A stretch of 64,000 nucleotides of DNA from an uncultured Bacteroidales bacterium (GTDB lineage Bacteria; Bacteroidota; Bacteroidia; Bacteroidales; VadinHA17), in the NCBI GenBank assembly GCA_963828395.1, contig CAWHED010000005.1, positions 9,290 through 73,289 of the forward strand, given 5' to 3'. Positions within the stretch are counted from its first letter, which is position 1, and every line of letters starts with the position of its first letter. The translations under genes and the position numbers were made by a program. Positions 33,201 to 41,335 of this stretch are shown piece by piece. The notes under the pieces were generated by a model that had not been told where the DNA came from, did no database searches, and worked only from the letters and a program-made list of their open reading frames with translations.

Positions 33201-34687
33201 AGGGAAAGAATTGCTGCGCCAATCAGGGCAAAGCTGACTACCTGGGCCATGGGGCGGAACATCTTTCCTTCAATACCGACAAGTGCCAGAATAGGCACGT
33301 AAACTATTAGAATTATTATCTGGCCGAAAGTGGCTGAATTCATCATACGCTTGGCTGAATCAAGTACATTCTCGTCCATCTGCTGCTGATTCAGTCTGGC
33401 TACCCCGGGATGGTGATGTTTACTCATGGTAATCCTGTGAACCACACTTTCAACAATAATTACCGCGCCATCGACAATCAGCCCAAAATCGATTGCCCCA
33501 AGACTCATAAGGTTACCCGAAACGCCGAACAGATTCATCAAAGAAACGGCAAAGAGCATTGAAAGAGGTATGACAGAAGCCACTATTAATCCTGCCCGCA
33601 TATTGCCAAGTAGCAAGACCAGAACAAAGACGACAATCAATGCGCCTTCCAGAAGGTTTTTTGAAACTGTTCCGATTGCACGTCCCACAAGATCAGAGCG
33701 ATTGAGAAAAGGTTCAATCTTAACTTCTTCAGGTAATGACTTCTGAACAGACTCAATGCGGGCTTCAACATTATCAATAACCTCGTGGGCATTTGCACCC
33801 TTAAGCATCATAACCACACCACCAACAGCTTCGGTAGTATCAACGACAAAAGCACCGTACCTGATTGCGCTGCCATATTGAACTGATGCAATATCCCTTA
33901 TTAAAACCGGAACTCCGGAATTGGTATTTTTTACAACGATTTTTTCAATATCCTCAATGGTTTTAACCAGCCCGATACCCCTTATAAAATATGCAGTAGG
34001 TCTCTTATCGATGTATGCACTGCCGGTATTTTCATTATTCTTTTCCAGAGCATTGAAAATATCAGTCAGGGTAAGGTTCATGCTCCTCAGTCTTTCAGGA
34101 TTCACGGCTACTTCATACTGTTTGACATATCCGCCATAACTATTTATATCTGCTACTCCGGCAGTTCCAAGCAACTCACGGCGGACGATCCAATCCTGAA
34201 TTGTCCTCAATTCCATAGGATTAAACTCTTCCTCATGTCCTTTTTTCACAGAAAGACGATATTGATATATCTCGCCCAGCCCTGTGGAAATAGGGGCAAG
34301 GGAAATTTGAGCGAGACCTTCCGGGATAGATTCTTCAGCCTCTTTAAGACGCTCACCAAGCTGTTGTCTTGCCCAGTAAATATCAACTTTGTCTTTGAAA
34401 ACAACTGTTATAACTGATAGTCCCAGTCTTGATATTGACCGAAGCTCAATAATATCAGGGATATTGGCTACGGCAACTTCTATTGGTGCCGTAATAAAAC
34501 TTTCAACCTCCTGAACTGCCAGCGATGGAGCCAGAGAAATAACCTGCACCTGGTTATTTGTAATATCGGGAATTGCATCAATCGGCAATTTTGATAATGA
34601 ATAGGTACCCCATCCGATCAATGCCAGAATGAACAAGCATATTATAAATTTATTCTTTACTGAGAATGAGATTATTCTATTAATCAT
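30296..34687 (-). CDS. CzcA/CusA-family RND permease fused in frame to a TolC-like outer membrane factor (1463 aa)
   Basis: Residues 1-1045 are an RND permease (MINRIISFSVKNKFIICLF ... ILPVFYII). From the Met at 31552 a signal-like segment MLSKKSGVIILFLGLTSALGTVNGQQ follows, then about 400 aa of OEP-type repeats. No stop separates the two parts. Confidence 0.85.
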   Translation of the reverse strand: MINRIISFSVKNKFIICLFILALIGWGTYSLSKLPIDAIPDITNNQVQVISLAPSLAVQEVESFITAPIEVAVANIPDIIELRSISRLGLSVITVVFKDKVDIYWARQQLGERLKEAEESIPEGLAQISLAPISTGLGEIYQYRLSVKKGHEEEFNPMELRTIQDWIVRRELLGTAGVADINSYGGYVKQYEVAVNPERLRSMNLTLTDIFNALEKNNENTGSAYIDKRPTAYFIRGIGLVKTIEDIEKIVVKNTNSGVPVLIRDIASVQYGSAIRYGAFVVDTTEAVGGVVMMLKGANAHEVIDNVEARIESVQKSLPEEVKIEPFLNRSDLVGRAIGTVSKNLLEGALIVVFVLVLLLGNMRAGLIVASVIPLSMLFAVSLMNLFGVSGNLMSLGAIDFGLIVDGAVIIVESVVHRITMSKHHHPGVARLNQQQMDENVLDSAKRMMNSATFGQIIILIVYVPILALVGIEGKMFRPMAQVVSFALIGAAILSLTYVPMASALFLSKDTGHKPNFSDRLMGWINKIFNPAIAFALKKKLLVSVSAITLFLFSLILFNRLGGEFIPQLEEGDLASSVITLQGGSLTNTVDNVIKANKILLETFPEIKHTVCKIGAGEIPTDPTPMETGDYIITLKDKSEWVSATSREELVSKMEESLIPLAGVKFGFQQPIQMRFNELMTGSKQDIAVKIFGDNLIMLSEKAAEVEKIIQTIAGVEDINVEKVTGLAQVQVEYNRDRLAQYGLSVEDANRVLRAAFAGSQAGVVYDEEKRFGLVVRLDKDYRQNLDDVNNLSVALPDGHQIPFEQLADISVKSGPAQVSRENTKRRITIGFNVRNRDMKSVINDVKDQIEERIQLPAGYFISYGGEFEKLEAAQKRLSIALPAALLLIFVLLYFAFNSVKQSLLIFTAVPMAAIGGVFALWIRGMNFSISAGVGFIALFGVAVLNGIVLIAEFNRLEKEGVTDITERVLKGLQTRLRPVIMTAAVASLGFLPMALSTSAGAEVQRPLATVVIGGLITATLLTLIILPVFYIISSSTKHKFRIKGMLSKKSGVIILFLGLTSALGTVNGQQARVITLNDAIQMALDSNLSVRSAALSVDVQKALKGAVIDLPKTTIDGEYGQFNSYSNDNSITVSQSFAFPAVYINRSRLANANIRSQEWQYKATRLEIATQVKQVYWQYAYLLSKQKLISYQDSLYSGLLRAAELRAKAGETNRLEMITARSQSLEIKNQLYLVSADIGISSRKLTVLLNSKSALIPAVQELQRIDFEFNPDSGSVEQNPFLGYLKQQVEVSQIETKLEQSQAWPDLNVGYFSQTIIGTQDVNGVPQNFGKDNRFDGVRAGITVPLWFFPYASKAKAAKIAANIAQTDAENYTRSISGNYQSLLDEYNKYSSNVDFYENQAVPEADLIIQQATRSYKAGALDYLDYVLTLNRALTIKQNYLDALNSFNQTIISIEYISGKIF

Positions 34688-34807
34688 TATAACCGGAGTT
34701 TATTAAATATCAATTATCTGAGGTTTGTAGCTACGCCCAATCCGGGCAGCGTTATGTTGTGCTGACACATATTTATGCATCGATACACAATTATCTCGAC
34801 AAATGTT

Positions 34808-35245
34808 TCAGGATAGGATCTGGCAATGCATGGTCATCAGGTCACGTCCGTCATGCATTTGCATATTATTTGAGAAAAGTCTGACACTCAGTAAGTCATG
34901 ATCCGGAATAATTGTCAGGCTGGTCGCTGTCAGGAAATAGGGTATGATCTCCGGCTGCACTTCGGTGCGGATAACCTGGACAGCGATTATTTTCTCGGCC
35001 TCAACTGAGCAGCAGTCGTGTGAAAAGATGTATTCACCCGCCTTTTGACCGGGGCTTGCAATGTCCTTATCATGCCCGCCGCAACACTTGTCATCTGCTC
35101 CGCCTGCTGTAAGTGAGGTGACCAGATTCTTCATGCCACAGTGGTTGCAGGTGTGCCTTGTTAAAGTAAAGCCCATAGTGCCTGAAAGCATAAGAACTAT
35201 CAGGAGGACGGAGAAAAAAGGCGATATATATCGCATGCTTTTCAC
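34808..35245 (-). CDS. small secreted Cys-motif protein, a divergent relative of 28623..29039
   Basis: 145 aa with a signal/TM segment, then TRHTCNHCG, DKCCGGH and HDCCSVE. It is the first gene of the czc-like unit. Confidence 0.55.
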   Translation of the reverse strand: MKSMRYISPFFSVLLIVLMLSGTMGFTLTRHTCNHCGMKNLVTSLTAGGADDKCCGGHDKDIASPGQKAGEYIFSHDCCSVEAEKIIAVQVIRTEVQPEIIPYFLTATSLTIIPDHDLLSVRLFSNNMQMHDGRDLMTMHCQILS

Positions 35246-35280
35246 GATGCAAATATAATAAAAGGATCATCGGTCTGTCT

Positions 35281-35315
35281 AAATAAAGCAGAGACGTCGC
35301 ATGCAACGTCTCTGC
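35281..35315 (-). terminator. intrinsic terminator after the dodecin gene
   Basis: A 10-bp stem GCAGAGACGU/ACGUCUCUGC is followed on the minus strand by UUUAUUU. Confidence 0.7.
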
Positions 35316-35412
35316 AAAGATAACCTGCTCCGCCGTGATTTTATTGTATTGGCGGTATAACCAGCACCTGACCGGGATGCATGAGATTAGTCCAATAATT
35401 TATCTGCTTTTG

Positions 35413-35613
35413 TTAAACAACTTCGAAAGTGATCTTTACATTGACACGGTATTCGGTGATTTTGTTCTTCACCACCACGGCCATCTGGTCCTTGACATAG
35501 ACAGAGCGTATCTCCTTGACTGTTTTTGCTGCTGACTTGACGGCAATAGCGGCTGCGTCTTCCCAACTTACCGGCGAAGATGCAAGAATTTCAATTACTT
35601 TTAGTACTGACAT
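35413..35613 (-). CDS. dodecin-family protein
   Basis: 66 aa (MSVLKVIEILASSPVSWEDAAAIAVKSAAKTVKEIRSVYVKDQ...YRVNVKITFEV). This follows the dodecin pattern. Confidence 0.75.
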   Translation of the reverse strand: MSVLKVIEILASSPVSWEDAAAIAVKSAAKTVKEIRSVYVKDQMAVVVKNKITEYRVNVKITFEVV

Positions 35614-35835
35614 AACTTTTGTTTTAATTAGTTAATAATAAATATCCTACATAAAAAGATTGGTCTGTTTTCATATTTTGTAAGTTAGGAAATAATACCC
35701 GGATTTTATCATAATCCCGGTAATTTCTAATCCTTTAGCCGTATTACTAATACTAACAGATTAATTTAGAATTTGTTTTTGTACTTTTAACCATTGTTAA
35801 CCTGAGAACAGTTACAAACTTAAAACCTACTGATT

Positions 35836-36267
35836 ATGGGAATGCTAAAAGAATTCAAGGAATTTGCCATGAAGGGCAATATGCTCGACATGGCTGTTGG
35901 TATCATCATCGGTGCCGGGTTTGGCAAGATCATTTCATCACTTGTGAATGATGTCCTTATGCCGCCGCTTGGACTTCTTCTCGGCAGGGTCGACTTCACC
36001 CAGCTCAAGGCCGTCCTGCAAAAAGGTTCGGATGCCATTATGGATGGCGCAACAATTGTACAACCGGCAGTTAAACAGGTGAGTATCAACTACGGTAATT
36101 TTATCCAGACAATTATTGACTTCATCATTGTGGCTTTCTGTATCTTCCTTGTGATCAAGGCTATGAATAAGATGAAGAAGAAGGAAGAGGCCGCACCTGC
36201 AGTACCACCAGCAGCTCCTGAAGATGTTGTACTGCTGAAAGAAATACGTGACCTTTTGAAAAAATAA
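35836..36267 (+). CDS. mscL: large-conductance mechanosensitive channel
   Basis: 143 aa, starting [44 protein letters not shown]. Confidence 0.95.
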   Translation: MGMLKEFKEFAMKGNMLDMAVGIIIGAGFGKIISSLVNDVLMPPLGLLLGRVDFTQLKAVLQKGSDAIMDGATIVQPAVKQVSINYGNFIQTIIDFIIVAFCIFLVIKAMNKMKKKEEAAPAVPPAAPEDVVLLKEIRDLLKK

Positions 36268-36297
36268 AAAAGAACTCTGTACGTTAAGTAATAATTG

Positions 36298-36495
36298 TTT
36301 GCATATTTGCGGACAGTTTTAAAAGCATGGCAAGAATAAAGAAGTACAGGTGGTGGCACAGGCTCTTTCCCGACAGGGGATAAGGCCGAAACAGTCATCA
36401 TAATCTTATAATACAGGAAGCTGCAGCTTAACACTGCGGCTTGCCTTTAACACGTATATGTGAAGAAAGCCGGCTGCGAGGCCGGCTTTCTTTTT
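36298..36495 (+). ncRNA. candidate structured small RNA or orphan leader containing an 18-codon ORF with tandem Trp codons
   Basis: The mini-ORF at 36327..36383 encodes MARIKKYRWWHRLFPDRG. GGCAAG (36329-36334) can pair with CTTGCC (36440-36445). There is an internal hairpin AAGCTGCAG/CTGCGGCTT, and the region ends in a strong terminator. Confidence 0.25.
36465..36495 (+). terminator. intrinsic terminator about 200 nt downstream of mscL
   Basis: GAAAGCCGGC-TGCGAG-GCCGGCTTTC is followed by TTTTT. Confidence 0.8.
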
Positions 36496-36892
36496 GCCCC
36501 CGGAAAAGTAACAACAGAACCTGTACCTGAAAGATTATCGGATGTAAATGTTGTATTCGTAGGTCAAGCCATTTTCACGTAACCACCTGCGAAGCGCTTT
36601 GGCAATCTTTCTTTTCCGGAGCAGGACAATTCCTATTCCATCTGCTGATATCTGATAATATGTTTTCATCTCTTTCTTATCCGTGAAAGCCATCTGGTGC
36701 TTTCATGGCAATATCAAAACTCACTACCAAATTATGATATTGAGAGGCATTGTCAAAGCTCATTTTGATATACTGAGGCCAGCTGTTGATAAACATACCA
36801 TATCTATAGACATGGCAATATCCGGCCTCCGGATGAGAAGCCCGGGCAGATAAGCCTGGCCAGAAATGCCCGGCCAGTCAAATCCGGTCAGC

Positions 36893-37843
36893 TTAATTGA
36901 AATCTGTCAGGTATTTATACAGTTCGCTGTTGGTAGAAAGTATGATTGTAGTGGTCGAATCAAATGTCATTCTGAAGGTTTCCATCGATTTCATGAAACC
37001 GTAGAGACTTCGCGATGCTGCTGACTGGTCGTATACGCCTGTGTAAATGGCTGCAGCGCGCGCATCGGCACGGCCGCGTATCTCCTCCGCCTTGCGGAAC
37101 GCCTCCGACTGGATGGATTTCAGATCCCTCTCTTTTTCACCGTTTATTTTTGACGCTTCCCCCTGACCTTCGGACCTGAACCTTTCTGCTATGCGGTAAC
37201 GCTCACTCTTCATCCTTTCATAGATCTGGGTCCTTACCTCCTCGACATAATTCAACCGCTTTATCCGGACATCGAGAATAACAATCCCCAGGTCCAAGAC
37301 TTTTTCATTGGAAGATACAAGGATCATTTCTTCTATTTTCAGCCTCCCTGTTACAATATCAGAAAGGGTATCACCGGCTTCCTCGCCGATCAGTCCCGAG
37401 GAAGTCGGTGTCCTGTTGGTTGAACGTACCACCTCTTCCAGGTTATGACTGGCAATGAAGTCACGTGTCTCTCCGTCGAGGATATCAGCCAGTCGTGACT
37501 GTGCACCTCTCTCATCCGTCAGCCTCTTGAAGAACTGCAGGGGATCGGTGATCTGCCACCGGGCATAAGTATTGACAAAGATAAATTTCTTGTCTTTGGT
37601 GGGCAGCTGGTTAGGGTCACCGTCCCACTCCATATATCTCTTTTCAAAGAAATTAGCCTTCTGAATGAAAGGTACTTTTAACTTAAGTCCGGGCGTCATC
37701 TTTGGTTCTCCGATAGGCTTGCCAAACTGAGTTATGACAACCTGCTCAGTCTCCTTCACCATATAAACACAGGGAAGGACGATGATCAGTGCAGCTGCAA
37801 TGATGGCAAGAGTTATGATTATTTTTTTTGTCAGGTCGGACAT
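36893..37843 (-). CDS. hflC: FtsH protease modulator HflC (band 7/SPFH)
   Basis: 316 aa with an N-terminal TM segment, then VVITQFGKPIGEPKMTPGLKLKVPFIQ. It sits immediately after hflK. Confidence 0.88.
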   Translation of the reverse strand: MSDLTKKIIITLAIIAAALIIVLPCVYMVKETEQVVITQFGKPIGEPKMTPGLKLKVPFIQKANFFEKRYMEWDGDPNQLPTKDKKFIFVNTYARWQITDPLQFFKRLTDERGAQSRLADILDGETRDFIASHNLEEVVRSTNRTPTSSGLIGEEAGDTLSDIVTGRLKIEEMILVSSNEKVLDLGIVILDVRIKRLNYVEEVRTQIYERMKSERYRIAERFRSEGQGEASKINGEKERDLKSIQSEAFRKAEEIRGRADARAAAIYTGVYDQSAASRSLYGFMKSMETFRMTFDSTTTIILSTNSELYKYLTDFN

Positions 37844-37846
37844 AGC

Positions 37847-38827
37847 CTATTTTTTTGTGTCTAGCTGCATCTGCAAAAGTGGCAACACATTGTTACCACT
37901 CTCATCAGTAATTATTTTATGACCCAGCCTGGGAATAACCTCTTCCATTGTCTCAAGATATATTCTTCGCTTTGTCACCTCGGGGGCTTTGATATATTCA
38001 TGGTACAGGGCATTAAACCTTGCAGCTTCACCCAGGGAGTTATTCACCCTTTCAGTAGCATATCCCTCAGCCCTTTGAATAGTCTCCTCCGCCTGACCTT
38101 TGGCCTTGGGTATAACCTTGTTATATTCAGACCTTGCCTGATTGATCAGGGTCTCCCTTTCCTGCTGAGCCTGGTTAACATCGTTAAATGCATCTTTCAC
38201 AGGGTCGGGGGGATTGACATCCTGCAGCACCACCTGCTCAACCCTGATGCCCAGAGAATACTCCGTGCATAATTCCTGGATCTTCTGATGTACGCTCGAT
38301 GCTATTTCGGCCCTTCCGACCGTAAGCACTTCGTTTACCGTGCGGTCACCGACTATTTCCCGCATTGAAGCCTCGGAGATATCCCGCAATGTGTTTACCG
38401 GTTCTCTGACTTTGAAAAGATAACTGTAAGGATCCTCGATACGGTACTGTACTATCCATTCAACATCAGCAAGGTTAAGGTCGCCTGTAAGCATAAGCGA
38501 TTCTTCAACCGTACCCACTTTTGTGTACTCTGATTTTACCGCGGGTCTCGTGGTTCGAAAGCCAAATTCCTCTTTTTGCTGCCTCTCCACCGCTACCTTG
38601 TACAAAGTCTCGATTATGGGAAATTTAACCTTCAGCCCGGGTTCCACCTTACGGACATATTTGCCAAAGCGGGTGATGACACCCACCTCTTCCGGTCCTA
38701 TCTGGAAAAGAGAGTTTAATAGCAGAATGAAGACAAAAAGTGCGCTCAGAAAATACTTTAAGAGCATCTTGTTTTGTTCCACCCAGCCTGTAAACCCTGG
38801 TTTATTAAAATTTCGTTCAGTCACCAT
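37847..38827 (-). CDS. hflK: FtsH protease modulator HflK (band 7/SPFH)
   Basis: 326 aa with VGVITRFGKYVRKVEPGLKVKFPIIE and TGDLNLADVEWIVQYRIEDP. Confidence 0.88.
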   Translation of the reverse strand: MVTERNFNKPGFTGWVEQNKMLLKYFLSALFVFILLLNSLFQIGPEEVGVITRFGKYVRKVEPGLKVKFPIIETLYKVAVERQQKEEFGFRTTRPAVKSEYTKVGTVEESLMLTGDLNLADVEWIVQYRIEDPYSYLFKVREPVNTLRDISEASMREIVGDRTVNEVLTVGRAEIASSVHQKIQELCTEYSLGIRVEQVVLQDVNPPDPVKDAFNDVNQAQQERETLINQARSEYNKVIPKAKGQAEETIQRAEGYATERVNNSLGEAARFNALYHEYIKAPEVTKRRIYLETMEEVIPRLGHKIITDESGNNVLPLLQMQLDTKK

Positions 38828-38835
38828 TTTATGAA

Positions 38836-40302
38836 TTACTCCCCGACAATCTTTATCAGTTTTCCGGCCTGCACCTGATCTGTAAGCTCAAGGTCATTAA
38901 GCAGGGCATACTCCTTCATTTTATCCTGCGGTACGCCGAAAGAGCTGAAAACAGTTTCCAGAGTTCCGGTACGCTGAACCTTCATGACATGTACCATTTG
39001 TGGCCTGACATTTATTTTTGAAGCGTCCGAGAGCTTTGCAAAGGTCTTCATTGAAGATTCCATTGCTCCGGAGTAGTTTTGAAAATCAGCTTCTGTGGAA
39101 ACGCTGTGGAAAATATAGTAGATGCTGCCGTACTCGATGAAATATGACATAACTATGTTGGTACTTGTGGTGCCTGTTGAGGAGTCCTGATTTGTTTGTT
39201 TCGATAATGTGACAATAGCCGGCATGCCGTTGACAATTCTTTTTTCACTGCGCTGCAGTTGCAGTTTGTATTGAGCAAGGGCGGAATCTGCCGCTGACTG
39301 CAAAGACTTCTGGTTTGACATGGTAAAGAGGATCAGAGCTTTATTGTCGGGAGCCAGGATGGTAACCTGCGTCGGTGCGTTTGTAAGCTTCCATCCGGCA
39401 GGGAAGGAGAATTTAAATTTGAGCTCCGGGTGATAGAAGGTGTTTCCTTCAGTATAGCCCTGTCTTGGATCTTCGCCATAAATTATACCATCAATAAGTT
39501 GCAGGTAACTGTCAGTGTTGACCTTCCATACCGGTAACCTGAGACTGTCCTGCCATTGCGTAGCCTGTTTGTTTACGTCGACATAGCGGTCGCCCGGGTC
39601 GGGGTGTGTCGACAGGAAGGTTGGGACGCCACCTTCGGCTTGGGCCATGTTCATTTTTTCCAGTACTTTGAAAAAGTCGGCCATCTTATGGGCATCATAC
39701 CCCAGTTTTGATGAATATGCAACACCGAGCTGATCAGCCTGGCGTTCGTCATCACGACTGAAGCTCAGGAAGAGGAGCTGCATTCCCTCCATGGCATATT
39801 GCGCATACTGGGCAAACTTTTCAGAAGCTATCATGCCTCCTATCAGGAGGAGCGTTCCGATCTGTTGCTTTGACTGCTGACTGACAGAGTGGCGAGCTGC
39901 AATGTGCCCTATTTCATGGGCGAGCACGCCCATCATTTCAGCTTCGTTGTTAAGCTGGGCCATAATACCGCGGGTAAGATAAACATACCCTCCCGGAACG
40001 GCAAAGGCGTTCACCACAGGTGAATCAATGACTTTGACGTGATACTCGAGGGCAGGACGGTGAGAAATCTTGCCCACTTCCACGCCTTTTGCCTGAACAT
40101 ATGCCTGCAAATCAGCATCGGCATATTCACCGAATGTAGCCAAAACCTGAGGATTATAAGAGACACCCAGTGCCACTTCCTGCGCTTCACTCATCAGCAT
40201 GATCTGCTTCTTCCCCGTGACAGGATTTACCGCACACGCCACGACTATGGTAACAGCTGTTGCAAAAAGCAACACGTTTACCAGAATTCCCGATTTTTTC
40301 AT
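38836..40302 (-). CDS. M48-family metallopeptidase lipoprotein with a LysM-like C-terminal end
   Basis: The lipobox is VVACA, the HExxH motif is LAHEIGHIAARH, and the C-terminal end reads LNDLELTDQVQAGKLIKIV. Confidence 0.85.
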   Translation of the reverse strand: MKKSGILVNVLLFATAVTIVVACAVNPVTGKKQIMLMSEAQEVALGVSYNPQVLATFGEYADADLQAYVQAKGVEVGKISHRPALEYHVKVIDSPVVNAFAVPGGYVYLTRGIMAQLNNEAEMMGVLAHEIGHIAARHSVSQQSKQQIGTLLLIGGMIASEKFAQYAQYAMEGMQLLFLSFSRDDERQADQLGVAYSSKLGYDAHKMADFFKVLEKMNMAQAEGGVPTFLSTHPDPGDRYVDVNKQATQWQDSLRLPVWKVNTDSYLQLIDGIIYGEDPRQGYTEGNTFYHPELKFKFSFPAGWKLTNAPTQVTILAPDNKALILFTMSNQKSLQSAADSALAQYKLQLQRSEKRIVNGMPAIVTLSKQTNQDSSTGTTSTNIVMSYFIEYGSIYYIFHSVSTEADFQNYSGAMESSMKTFAKLSDASKINVRPQMVHVMKVQRTGTLETVFSSFGVPQDKMKEYALLNDLELTDQVQAGKLIKIVGE

Positions 40303-40377
40303 TCGTTATTATTTTGAAGTTATCAAGATCTCAAGACGAAATCAACGGTTGACTTCCAAATTTAGTAAATGTTGACC

Positions 40378-40410
40378 AAAAAAAAAAGGCCGCCTTTATT
40401 GTAAGGCGGC
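40378..40410 (-). terminator. intrinsic terminator after the DUF4382 gene
   Basis: The minus strand reads GGCCGCCUU-ACAAUA-AAGGCGGCC followed by U10. Confidence 0.8.
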
Positions 40411-40438
40411 CCGGGATTTTCAACTTTTATTCGAATAT

Positions 40439-41263
40439 CTACTTATTAGTAAGAACAAAGTCCTGAATGGTTTTATTGCCTGCAATGACATTAATCCCAT
40501 CGATGCTGACTGTGTCGTACCCCTCTTTGGTGGCTGAGATTGAATATGTACCGGCCGGAATACCGATAATGGCATAATATCCAAGGGTATCGGCAAATGT
40601 TGTTGCAACAACAGTGTCCTGCGCAATCCATACTTTAGCTTCCTTGATCTTCACAGCTGAAGTATCTGTCACCATGCCTTCAATTCTGCCTGCAGTGGTC
40701 AGATTTGCAGCCCTGATGCAAGGCTTGAAGATGAAGCCGTTATTGTTACTCATGTTGCCTCTCAATACAAATGATCTTGAGAGATCAAAATCGATCAGCA
40801 CTTCAGAGGTCAACCCGCCGGAAACTACAATAGATGGATTAATATGCAGTTTTATGCCTGTCTGTTTTCCACTTGGTACTTTGACATTGTAGGTATCAGC
40901 AAAATCCTTAAGTTTCAGTCCGGCCTCCTCAACATATAATCTTATGAGATCATATTCACCTTCGGGGATATCAAGATCAAGCAGTGTCCCGGTAACACCA
41001 TTCCTGAGGTCGATCAGGTCTATGGTCACAGTATCATCGGAGAGTAAAACAAACGAATTACCATCGCTCAAGCCGTCTCCCGCCTTCTTAATTTCCACTT
41101 TTGTGATCGTAACCGTTGCTGATTCAATGTTACTGATATCAAATGGATCGTCTGTCACATTGATCACCAGTCTGCCCTGGCCATCACCAGTCTGGGTCCT
41201 GTCACATGCCCCGATGAAGAGGAGCAATGAGGCTGTTAAAAGTATTAAACATGTCTTTTTCAT
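40439..41263 (-). CDS. DUF4382 domain lipoprotein with a carboxypeptidase-regulatory-like C-terminal domain
   Basis: The start is MKKTCLILLTASLLLFIGAC, followed by GRLVINVTDDPFDISNIESATVTITKVEI. The C-terminal part reads GRIEGMVTD...GTYSISATKEGY. Confidence 0.75.
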   Translation of the reverse strand: MKKTCLILLTASLLLFIGACDRTQTGDGQGRLVINVTDDPFDISNIESATVTITKVEIKKAGDGLSDGNSFVLLSDDTVTIDLIDLRNGVTGTLLDLDIPEGEYDLIRLYVEEAGLKLKDFADTYNVKVPSGKQTGIKLHINPSIVVSGGLTSEVLIDFDLSRSFVLRGNMSNNNGFIFKPCIRAANLTTAGRIEGMVTDTSAVKIKEAKVWIAQDTVVATTFADTLGYYAIIGIPAGTYSISATKEGYDTVSIDGINVIAGNKTIQDFVLTNK

Positions 41264-41335
41264 ATAGCTGTTATTTAGAGAATTATGTAAATAATTGTCC
41301 AAATTAACTAACTGAAAATGAAGATTTGATGAAAT

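Noticed and set aside
20913-35830. Integrative element inserted at tRNA-Glu.
   Set aside because: I found no integrase, excisionase, transposase or conjugation gene. I also saw no second copy of the tRNA 3' end when reading the far border near 35.2-35.8 kb. Only the position next to a tRNA supports the idea.
36298-36460. Assignment of the structured region to a known RNA class (SRP RNA, 6S RNA or a riboswitch).
   Set aside because: I could not find the SRP domain IV motif or any riboswitch core by eye. No downstream gene exists for a riboswitch. I therefore left it as an unclassified candidate.
36538-36800. Two short minus-strand ORFs in the mscL-hflC gap: MFINSWPQYIKMSFDNASQYHNLVVSFDIAMKAPDGFHG, then MKTYYQISADGIGIVLLRKRKIAKALRRWLRENGLTYEYNIYIR. 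I considered them as a possible toxin-antitoxin pair or a broken gene.
   Set aside because: I recognise no family motif, both ORFs are under 50 codons, and the frames differ. I cannot separate a gene relic from chance ORFs using sequence alone.
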